In this document: positions 45,775 through 52,584 of the stretch, one piece after another | How positions within the stretch are numbered: the first letter of the stretch is position 1 | Layout: every line of letters begins with the position of its first letter | Assembly: GCA_020723925.1 (NCBI GenBank) | Contig: DYHX01000003.1 | Span: 1-52,584 of the forward strand | Length of the DNA stretch: 52,584 nucleotides | From: Nitrospira japonica | GTDB lineage: Bacteria; Nitrospirota; Thermodesulfovibrionia; Thermodesulfovibrionales; DYHX01 | Reading direction: 5' to 3' | Program-made: the position numbers and the translations under genes | The notes under the pieces: generated by a model | The model's database searches: none | What the model was told of the DNA's origin: nothing | The model's input: the letters and a program-made list of their open reading frames with translations, nothing else

Positions 45775-46590
45775 ATGAGATTTATAAGGGTCTTATTTAA
45801 GAGCTTTGTTGACTTTTTCAAGGATGGCGGGATAATGCTTGCTGCCTCGCTGTCATACTTCGCCATGATGGCGATTGTCCCATTCTGCCTCTTCCTCGTG
45901 ACAATCTTCGCATATTTCCTTGGTGAACACCAGGCCTTTTATAAATTTTTTGTGGCAAAGCTCATAAGTTTTTTCCCGAAGATTACCCATGAGATAACAG
46001 AGGAACTCAGGAAGATCATAACATTCAAGGGACTCGGAAAGTTCAGCCTCATACTCTATGGCTTTCTGTCCTACCAGTTCTTTTCATCTATGGAGTCGGC
46101 CATAAATGTGATATTCAAGATAAAAAAGAAGAGGGCATTTATAATCTCCCTGTTCCTCTCATTAGTTGTGGTGACATTGATAATAGCATTTCTTCTTATC
46201 TCCTTTAGTGCAACGTCAATAATCCCCTTGCTCAAGGTGCTGAAGGAGTTTTTCCCTGCGCTGAAGATTGGCAAGATAACAAGCTTTCTCATAAGGTTTG
46301 TTGTGCCATTCTTTCTTGTCCTATTTACTGTTATATCGATGTATATACTTTTACCAAAAAGGAGGATAAAATTCTTCCATGCCTTCTCTGGTGCGCTGTT
46401 TACTGCGATATTACTTGAGATTGCAAAACACCTCTTCACCTGGTATGTTGGGTCTGTCACAAAGCTTGGAACCATCTACGGCCCCCTGTCAGCATTCGTG
46501 GTATTCTTAGTGTGGATATTTTATTCGTCCTGCATATTCCTTATAGGCGGTGAGATTGTGCATAATCTGGGAGACTCAAAAGGAGACTGA
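45775..46590 (+). CDS. YihY/virulence factor BrkB family membrane protein
   Basis: LAASLSYF, MYILLP, IYGPLSAFVVFLVWIFYSSCIFLIGGE; start at ATG 45775. Confidence 0.88.
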   Translation: MRFIRVLFKSFVDFFKDGGIMLAASLSYFAMMAIVPFCLFLVTIFAYFLGEHQAFYKFFVAKLISFFPKITHEITEELRKIITFKGLGKFSLILYGFLSYQFFSSMESAINVIFKIKKKRAFIISLFLSLVVVTLIIAFLLISFSATSIIPLLKVLKEFFPALKIGKITSFLIRFVVPFFLVLFTVISMYILLPKRRIKFFHAFSGALFTAILLEIAKHLFTWYVGSVTKLGTIYGPLSAFVVFLVWIFYSSCIFLIGGEIVHNLGDSKGD

Positions 46591-46591
46591 T

Positions 46592-46756
46592 TTGATAGAC
46601 CTTATTGGTAAGATTGTTGAGGTCAAGGCAAATGACATAACCTATACAGGAAAGCTTGTTGAAGTAGGGGAGACAGAAGTCCACCTCGAATCAGAATTAG
46701 GCTGGATCGTTATCCCGGCTGAGAATATTGCGTTTATAAGGGAGAAAGAGGATTAA
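46592..46756 (+). CDS. Small hypothetical protein (54 aa), possible Sm/LSm-like or SH3-like beta-barrel
   Basis: TTG start after AGGAG; LIGKIVEVKANDITYTGKLVEVGETEVHL...WIVIPAENIAFI. Confidence 0.6.
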   Translation: MIDLIGKIVEVKANDITYTGKLVEVGETEVHLESELGWIVIPAENIAFIREKED

Positions 46757-47649
46757 CCTAAATCCCCAAGTAAAAACTGAACAAGCGTCACTGCTGATAT
46801 TGCGGCTGTCTCTGCACGTAGTATTCGCCTGCCGAGAGACGTAACAATCAGTCCTTTAGACTTTGCAAGATTAACCTCTTCTTCTGTGAACCCACCCTCA
46901 GGGCCAATGGCAACAAAGAGTGGGCAGTGAATAGTGAATAGTGAATAGTGAATAGTATCTACTTTATTTTCTGCCGACTGTTCACTAACGACTATCGACT
47001 TTTTTAATTTCTCCACTGCCTCTGATATCTTTATGCCTCCTTCTTCCCAGAAGATGAGGCCGTTTATAGGCTGGGACAGTCCCGATTCTACCCCTCGTAA
47101 ACTCGGCGGTAAATCTGGGACAGTCCCATCGTGAGCGTGTAATCCCCCATCACCCCCCTTTAGAAAAGGGGGGGCGGGGGGATTTGAACTAAAAATGTCG
47201 CAGAAATTAACAGGCTCATGAACAACAGGAATCATAGTTCTACCGCTCTGTCTCGATGCCTCCTCTGCTATCTTTCTCCATCGCTCGACCTTTCTTGTCT
47301 CCCTTATCTGGCTCCTCTCTGTGATTGTCGGGATTATCTCTTTAACTCCAAGCTCTGTTGCTTTTTGAATAACGAGATCCATTTTTTCGCCCTTCATAAG
47401 TCCCTGTACAAGTGTAATATTGAGCGGAGACTCTGTATTGCAAGGGAATGTCTCTATGACCTCTGCAATGACCTCTCTTTTGTCTGTCTTAATGATGGTT
47501 GTTTTTAAACAGTTTCCCATACCATCAAATATGACCAGAGTATCGCCGACCTTACTTCTCAATACCGATGTTAGATACCTGGCCTGCTCCTTTTGTATTC
47601 GTATGTGTCTTTCTTTTAGATCAGCTGATGGCAGTAAGATTCGAGGCAT
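46753..47649 (-). CDS. rsmE: 16S rRNA m3U1498 methyltransferase RsmE (with repeat-derived insertions)
   Basis: VLR..GD, KGEKMDLVIQKATELGV, EASRQSGR, IGPEGGF, LGRRILRAETA; follows dnaJ. Confidence 0.93.
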   Translation of the reverse strand: MPRILLPSADLKERHIRIQKEQARYLTSVLRSKVGDTLVIFDGMGNCLKTTIIKTDKREVIAEVIETFPCNTESPLNITLVQGLMKGEKMDLVIQKATELGVKEIIPTITERSQIRETRKVERWRKIAEEASRQSGRTMIPVVHEPVNFCDIFSSNPPAPPFLKGGDGGLHAHDGTVPDLPPSLRGVESGLSQPINGLIFWEEGGIKISEAVEKLKKSIVVSEQSAENKVDTIHYSLFTIHCPLFVAIGPEGGFTEEEVNLAKSKGLIVTSLGRRILRAETAAISAVTLVQFLLGDLG

Positions 47650-47658
47650 TAACCCCCT

Positions 47659-48762
47659 CTATTTTTCAGCGCTCGAAAATAAATCCTTCAGTTTCTCTTT
47701 AAACCCTTTCGAAACCTCATCACCATTTATTTTTGCAAATTCCTCGAGTATCTCCCTCTGTCTCGGTGTGAGTCTCTTTGGCACTTCAACATATACCCTG
47801 ACAATCTGGTCACCCTTTGCATGGCCGCCAAGTTTTTGTATACCTTTCCCCTTGAGATGGAAGGTCTTTCCAGAAGGAGTTCCAGCAGGAATCTTTATTT
47901 TTGCTATACCATCAAGGGTGGGCACTTCTATCTCTGCCCCAAGGGCTGCATGGGGAAATGCGATCGGAATCTCACAGAATAAATCCATCCCATCCCTTTT
48001 GAAGAAGGGGTGTTCATCAACATGCAGAATTATGTAGAGGTCACCTGGCGGACCTCCGTAGACACCAAGTTCACCTTCCCCTGACATCTTGAGTCTTGAA
48101 CCTGTATCAACGCCTGGGGGGATTTTTACTGATATGGTGCGGACCTTTTTAACCTTGCCATTTCCCCTACACGTTGTGCAGGGGTCTGTAATAATCTGGC
48201 CAGTTCCATGGCAGCGGCCACATGTCCTTGAAACGCTGAAGAACCCCTCCTGAAACCTGACATGCCCTGTACCTTTGCAATTTGGACATGAAACAGGTCC
48301 CTTGCCTGGCATGGAACCTGTGCCATTACATGGTGTGCAGTTTTCCCACCTTGGCACCTCTATGAATTCCTCAGTGCCAAAGGCAGCCTCCTCAAGGGTT
48401 ATATCGAGGTCATATCTCAGGTCATTGCCTTTTGTTGGCCTCGGTCTGCGCTGTCCTGTAAATGTTCCGAAGAAGTCTCCGAAGATATCCTCAAATACAT
48501 CCGTGAAGGCTGTTCCGCCTCTGAATGCTCCGAACCCAGCTCCAATGCCTTCTGCTGTTCCAAATCTGTCGTAGTTTGCCCTTTTTTCAGGATCGCTGAG
48601 GCAGGTGTATGCCTCGTTTATCTCCTTGAATTTTTCTTCGGACTCTTTATTCTCGGGGTTCCTGTCAGGGTGGTATTTCAGGGCAAGGCGCCTGAACGCC
48701 TTCTTAATTTCGGCTTCAGAAGCGTTTCTTGATACACCCAGCATTTCATAATAATCTCTCAT
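47659..48762 (-). CDS. dnaJ: Chaperone DnaJ
   Basis: J domain with HPD, G/F region, four CxxCxGxG repeats. Confidence 0.98.
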   Translation of the reverse strand: MRDYYEMLGVSRNASEAEIKKAFRRLALKYHPDRNPENKESEEKFKEINEAYTCLSDPEKRANYDRFGTAEGIGAGFGAFRGGTAFTDVFEDIFGDFFGTFTGQRRPRPTKGNDLRYDLDITLEEAAFGTEEFIEVPRWENCTPCNGTGSMPGKGPVSCPNCKGTGHVRFQEGFFSVSRTCGRCHGTGQIITDPCTTCRGNGKVKKVRTISVKIPPGVDTGSRLKMSGEGELGVYGGPPGDLYIILHVDEHPFFKRDGMDLFCEIPIAFPHAALGAEIEVPTLDGIAKIKIPAGTPSGKTFHLKGKGIQKLGGHAKGDQIVRVYVEVPKRLTPRQREILEEFAKINGDEVSKGFKEKLKDLFSSAEK

Positions 48763-48765
48763 TTT

Positions 48766-48842
48766 TATTAGTTATTAGTTTTAGTTAGGGATTTTCTGTC
48801 GTCTTTCCTTAACCCCTTAACTACTTGCTACTTATTACTTGT
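48766..48842. repeat. Degenerate heptamer tandem/inverted repeat (dnaK-dnaJ junction)
   Basis: TTAGTTA-TTAGTTT-TAGTTA ... TAACTAC-TTGCTAC-TTATTAC. Confidence 0.55.
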
Positions 48843-48843
48843 T

Positions 48844-50754
48844 TTAGTTCTCCTTCTTATTTTTATCTACTTCTTCGAATTCTGCTTCAACAACTTCTTC
48901 TTCAGGTGCTTTTGCTTTTGCTTCAGCACCTGCGCCTGCTTGTGCCCCTGCTGCCCTGTATATGTGCTCTGCAAATTTGTGAGAGGCCCTTGTGAGATTT
49001 TCAATTGCAGACTTTATCTCTGCCACATCTGTGCTTGTATCCTTGACTTTCTTACATTTTTCCAGTGCATCTTCTACATCTTTCTTCTCAGACTCGCTAA
49101 GCTTGTCTCCATATTCGCGGAGGGATTTTTCTGCTGTGTATACAAGGGTGTCAGCCTCATTCCTTGCCTCAGCGAGCTGTTTCTTCTTCTTGTCCTCCTC
49201 TGCATGGGACTCTGCATCCCGCATCATCTTTTTGATCTCTTCTTCTGTGAGGCCGCTTGATACAGTTATCCTTATGGATTGTTCTTTGCCTGTGCCAAGG
49301 TCCTTTGCTGACACATGGAGTATTCCATTGGCGTCGATATCAAATGATACCTCTATCTGTGGCATACCTCTTGGTGCTGGTGGTATTCCTACGAGTTCAA
49401 AAACCCCGAGGAGTTTGTTATCTGCTGCCATTTCCCTTTCACCCTGGGACACCTTGATCGTTACTGCAGGTTGATTGTCAGCAGCAGTCGAGAAGATTTG
49501 ACCCTTTTTTGTCGGGATTGTTGTATTCCTCTCTATAATCTTTGTGAATATACCACCGAGGGTCTCTATGCCGAGTGAGAGCGGAGTGACATCCAGGAGA
49601 AGTACTTCCCTGACCTCTCCTTTGAGCACTGCGGCCTGTATTGCAGCTCCCACAGCAACAACCTCATCCGGATTAACGGTTTTGTTTGGCTCCTTCCCAA
49701 AAAAGCCCTGAACTGTCTGCTGAACCTTTGGTGTCCTTGTCTGCCCGCCAACAAGAAGTACCTCATCAATATTCAAAGGAGATAAATTTGCATCACCGAG
49801 GGCATTTTTGCATGGCCCAATTGTTTTCTCTACGAGGTCTCCTGTAAGCTGTTCGAACTTTGCCCTTGAGAGTTTCATCAAGAGGTGTTTTGGACCTGTT
49901 GCATCGGCCGTTATGAACGGAAGGTTTATCTCTGTCTCCATGGCTGTCGAAAGCTCGATTTTTGCCCTTTCAGCAGCCTCTTTAAGCCTCTGCAGCGCCA
50001 TCTTATCCTGTTTCAGATCAATGCCCTGGTCTTTTTTGAATTCGCCTACCATCCAATCGATAATCCTCAGGTCAAAGTCATCACCGCCGAGGTATGTATC
50101 GCCATTCGTGGACTTTACCTCTATTACACCCTCACCGATCTCGAGTATGGATATATCGAATGTGCCTCCTCCAAGGTCATAGACAGCAATCTTCTCCTCT
50201 CTCTTCTTGTCCATCCCATAAGCAAGGGATGCAGCTGTTGGCTCGTTAATTATCCTCAATACATTAAGTCCTGCAATCTTGCCTGCATCTTTTGTTGCCT
50301 GGCGCTGGCTGTCGTCAAAATAGGCCGGTACTGTTACGACAGCATCTGTAACAGGTTCTCCGAGATAATCCTCAGCAGCCTGTTTCAGTTTCTGCAGTAT
50401 CATGGCAGATATCTCAGGAGGAGAATACATCTTTCCCCTTATCTCCACGTGGGCATCTCCATTGAGTGCCTCGACTATCCTGTATGGCAATCGCTTTTTT
50501 GCATGCTCAACCTGAGGGGAGTTGTACTTTCTTCCCATGAGCCTTTTTATTGAGAATATTGTATTCTCAGGGTTTGTAATCGCCTGTCTTTTGGCAATCT
50601 GGCCAACGAGTCTCTCCCCCTTTTCAGTAAAGGCAACGACAGATGGAGTTGTCCGGGTGCCCTCCTGGTTTGGGATGACCACAGGCTCGCCAGCCTGGAC
50701 AACGGCAACAACAGAGTTTGTTGTGCCAAGGTCTATTCCTATTGCTTTACCCAT
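48844..50754 (-). CDS. dnaK: Chaperone DnaK
   Basis: [45 protein letters not shown]. Confidence 0.99.
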   Translation of the reverse strand: MGKAIGIDLGTTNSVVAVVQAGEPVVIPNQEGTRTTPSVVAFTEKGERLVGQIAKRQAITNPENTIFSIKRLMGRKYNSPQVEHAKKRLPYRIVEALNGDAHVEIRGKMYSPPEISAMILQKLKQAAEDYLGEPVTDAVVTVPAYFDDSQRQATKDAGKIAGLNVLRIINEPTAASLAYGMDKKREEKIAVYDLGGGTFDISILEIGEGVIEVKSTNGDTYLGGDDFDLRIIDWMVGEFKKDQGIDLKQDKMALQRLKEAAERAKIELSTAMETEINLPFITADATGPKHLLMKLSRAKFEQLTGDLVEKTIGPCKNALGDANLSPLNIDEVLLVGGQTRTPKVQQTVQGFFGKEPNKTVNPDEVVAVGAAIQAAVLKGEVREVLLLDVTPLSLGIETLGGIFTKIIERNTTIPTKKGQIFSTAADNQPAVTIKVSQGEREMAADNKLLGVFELVGIPPAPRGMPQIEVSFDIDANGILHVSAKDLGTGKEQSIRITVSSGLTEEEIKKMMRDAESHAEEDKKKKQLAEARNEADTLVYTAEKSLREYGDKLSESEKKDVEDALEKCKKVKDTSTDVAEIKSAIENLTRASHKFAEHIYRAAGAQAGAGAEAKAKAPEEEVVEAEFEEVDKNKKEN

Positions 50755-50759
50755 TTTTA

Positions 50760-51404
50760 TTATTCCTCCTCATCTTTATTTATATTTATTCTAATCTCTA
50801 TATTGCCTTCTTCTGTCTTTTCTTTCTCCTGACTCTCGACTAACGACTGACGACTATTGACTGTCTTTTGAGGTTTCTTTGATACAGCAACAAGGGAAGG
50901 GCGCAGCACTTTATCCCTGAACATGTAGCCCTTTCTAAACTCCTCAACCACTGTTTTTTCATCTGTGTCCTCTCTCTCAACCTGCGTCATAGCATGATGC
51001 AGCGATGGATCGAATCGTTTGCCGAGGGCAGAGATTGGAGTAATGCCGAATTTCTCAATGACCCTCTGGAACTCCTTGAGTGTTATCTCTACGCCCTGGA
51101 CGAGTCCCTGTGAAACATTATTCGATGAATGTTTCACAGCCAACTCGAGATTATCTATAACAGGCAGGAGTTCATACAGCAATGACTCATTGCTGTATTT
51201 TATAAGCTCCTCCTTATCTTTCAATACCCTCTTCCTGTAATTGTCGAACTCTGCATAGAGCCGCAGGTACCTGTCTTTTAATTCCTGTAGCTCCTCCTCG
51301 GGTTTTAGTTTTTCTGTCTCCACCACCTCTTCTTTTTCACCGATAACCTGTTCCATTCCTGAAACTTCTTCCTCTCTCTTCTCTATGGTTTTATTTTCTT
51401 CCAA
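50760..51404 (-). CDS. grpE: Nucleotide exchange factor GrpE
   Basis: [41 protein letters not shown]. Confidence 0.96.
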   Translation of the reverse strand: MEENKTIEKREEEVSGMEQVIGEKEEVVETEKLKPEEELQELKDRYLRLYAEFDNYRKRVLKDKEELIKYSNESLLYELLPVIDNLELAVKHSSNNVSQGLVQGVEITLKEFQRVIEKFGITPISALGKRFDPSLHHAMTQVEREDTDEKTVVEEFRKGYMFRDKVLRPSLVAVSKKPQKTVNSRQSLVESQEKEKTEEGNIEIRININKDEEE

Positions 51405-52440
51405 ACCATCCTCCTATCTCTCTGCTGAGCGCCCTTGTTATAAACTTTGCGGTCATATCGACTATGAAGATTGCCTTTGAATAGTCCATCCTTGTTGGGC
51501 CTATTATCCCAACGGTCCCGATAGGTCTATCGCCTTCTTTATATGTTGATGCTACAATGCTCAGTTTCTTCATTTCGTCATCAAGGTTTTCGGAACCTAT
51601 TACAACCTGCACTCCGTCCGATTCGGATAGCCTGTCAAGCAGTTTTATAATCAGGTGCTTGTCTTCTATGGCCCTTGAAATCTCTTTTATCTTCTCGATG
51701 TTTGAGAAATCAGGAAGTGATAGAACCTCTGAGAATCCAGAAATAAATATATCGCTATGAGGGAAAGACAATGCCTCCCTGCATATTCTTATCGCCCTTG
51801 ATATAAGGGTATCACATAGTGCCTTTTCTTTCGCCATTTCCTTTATTATCATCGAGCGAATTTCGTCAAGGGTATAGCCGGAGAACTCGGAATTCAGGTA
51901 TTCTGTTATCCTGTTAAGGTCTCTCTGCGTTAGCTCTGGATTCATATTCAGAATTCTGTTTTTTACCAGACCTTCGTTGGTAAAGAGCATTGCTACTGCC
52001 TGGTTCCCCCTGTATTTTAATAACTCGATCCTGTTCAATATTGTCCTGTCAGGGTTTGGAGGAAGTGCAACCCCGAGATAGTGCGAAAGAATCGAAAGTG
52101 TTTTTGTTGCCTCGCCAATGAGAATATTGATATCGTGTCTGATAGCCTCAAGTTTTCTTGTCAGGTCATGGACAAGCTCTTCATTTGGCTGATCTTCTTC
52201 ATGACGCAGGCAGTCAACATAAAATCTGTATCCCTTATCTGTAGGCACCCTTCCTGCAGAAGTGTGCGGCTGGCGCAGAAAGCCCATATCTTCGAGGTCA
52301 GCCATTATGTTTCTTATTGTTGCCGGAGAAAGGGCAAAAGAATACCTCTTTGTAACAAACCTTGACCCAACCGGGTCTGGATTGTTTATATAGCTCTGAA
52401 CTACTGCACAGAGCACTCTCTTGTTTCTCTCGTCAAGCAT
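51391..52440 (-). CDS. hrcA: Heat-inducible transcription repressor HrcA
   Basis: PVGSR, SPATIRNIMADLE, PHTSAGRVPTDKGYR, GIIGPTRMDY. Confidence 0.97.
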   Translation of the reverse strand: MLDERNKRVLCAVVQSYINNPDPVGSRFVTKRYSFALSPATIRNIMADLEDMGFLRQPHTSAGRVPTDKGYRFYVDCLRHEEDQPNEELVHDLTRKLEAIRHDINILIGEATKTLSILSHYLGVALPPNPDRTILNRIELLKYRGNQAVAMLFTNEGLVKNRILNMNPELTQRDLNRITEYLNSEFSGYTLDEIRSMIIKEMAKEKALCDTLISRAIRICREALSFPHSDIFISGFSEVLSLPDFSNIEKIKEISRAIEDKHLIIKLLDRLSESDGVQVVIGSENLDDEMKKLSIVASTYKEGDRPIGTVGIIGPTRMDYSKAIFIVDMTAKFITRALSREIGGWFGRK

Positions 52441-52459
52441 ATTTCGACAAGCTCAATAT

Positions 52460-52486
52460 TTAGCACTCTCAATGGTAGAGTGCTAA
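52460..52486. promoter_or_regulatory. CIRCE element (HrcA operator)
   Basis: Perfect TTAGCACTC-N9-GAGTGCTAA 19 bp upstream of the hrcA start. Confidence 0.97.
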
Positions 52487-52487
52487 T

Positions 52488-52517
52488 AATTTAGCAGTTA
52501 ATTCCTCAAGGTGTCAA
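52488..52517 (-). promoter_or_regulatory. Sigma70-type promoter of the hrcA-grpE-dnaK-dnaJ operon
   Basis: Minus strand TTGACA-18 nt-TAAATT with extended -10 TG, directly upstream of CIRCE. Confidence 0.65.
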
Positions 52518-52531
52518 GTAGACTGTTAGCC

Positions 52532-52584
52532 TGTCAAGCCAAAATAGAAATGTCCTATTTTCACCAAAATAGAAATGTCCGGTT
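52532..52584 (+). mobile_element. Probable terminus of an insertion sequence (IS1202/ISNCY-like), truncated by the window end
   Basis: Begins TGT; 17-bp direct repeat CCAAAATAGAAATGTCC at 52539-52555 and 52564-52580, resembling iterated transposase-binding sites. Confidence 0.5.

Noticed and set aside
256-52365. Numerous short antisense or overlapping ORFs in the track (e.g. 28717-29439, 47420-48037, 49885-50553, 29643-29834)
   Set aside because: Shadows of well-supported genes on the other strand or translations of repeats; no motifs or RBS.

Overview
About 52.6 kb of chromosome from an anaerobic diderm bacterium. The gene content and protein style suggest Nitrospirota (Thermodesulfovibrionia-like), but this is an inference. 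Left to right: htpX and a UPF0182 gene; a five-gene corrinoid cassette (B12-binding protein, MtaA/UroD-like methyltransferase with a degenerate Zn motif, DUF1638, RACo-type ASKHA activator, Cys/His-rich GAF hybrid histidine kinase) bracketed by two palindromic elements; site-2 protease; an M1 peptidase-ChaN-PDZ fusion; CPA2 antiporter; thyX; an FmdB-like zinc ribbon; a nucleotidyltransferase/small-protein pair; the Wood-Ljungdahl CODH/ACS cluster (cooC-acsE-acsD-acsC-acsB-cooS) directly followed by a HydABC/Nuo-EFG-like flavin/FeS module with no hydrogenase or Mo active site and an extra duplicated HydB C-terminal arm; on the minus strand a two-component system, padR and a TauE-family gene upstream of three tandem octaheme cytochromes c plus NrfC/NrfD-type partners; leuC, ridA, der, yihY, a small Sm-like ORF; and hrcA-grpE-dnaK-dnaJ-rsmE with a perfect CIRCE. 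The window ends in what looks like an IS terminus. Many gene junctions carry 6-8 bp tandem repeats followed by their inverted complement, and such repeats have also inserted in frame into thyX, rsmE and grpE. The best candidates for an undescribed system are the corrinoid-coupled sensor kinase cassette, the CODH-linked putative bifurcating module, the triple octaheme module and the repeat family.
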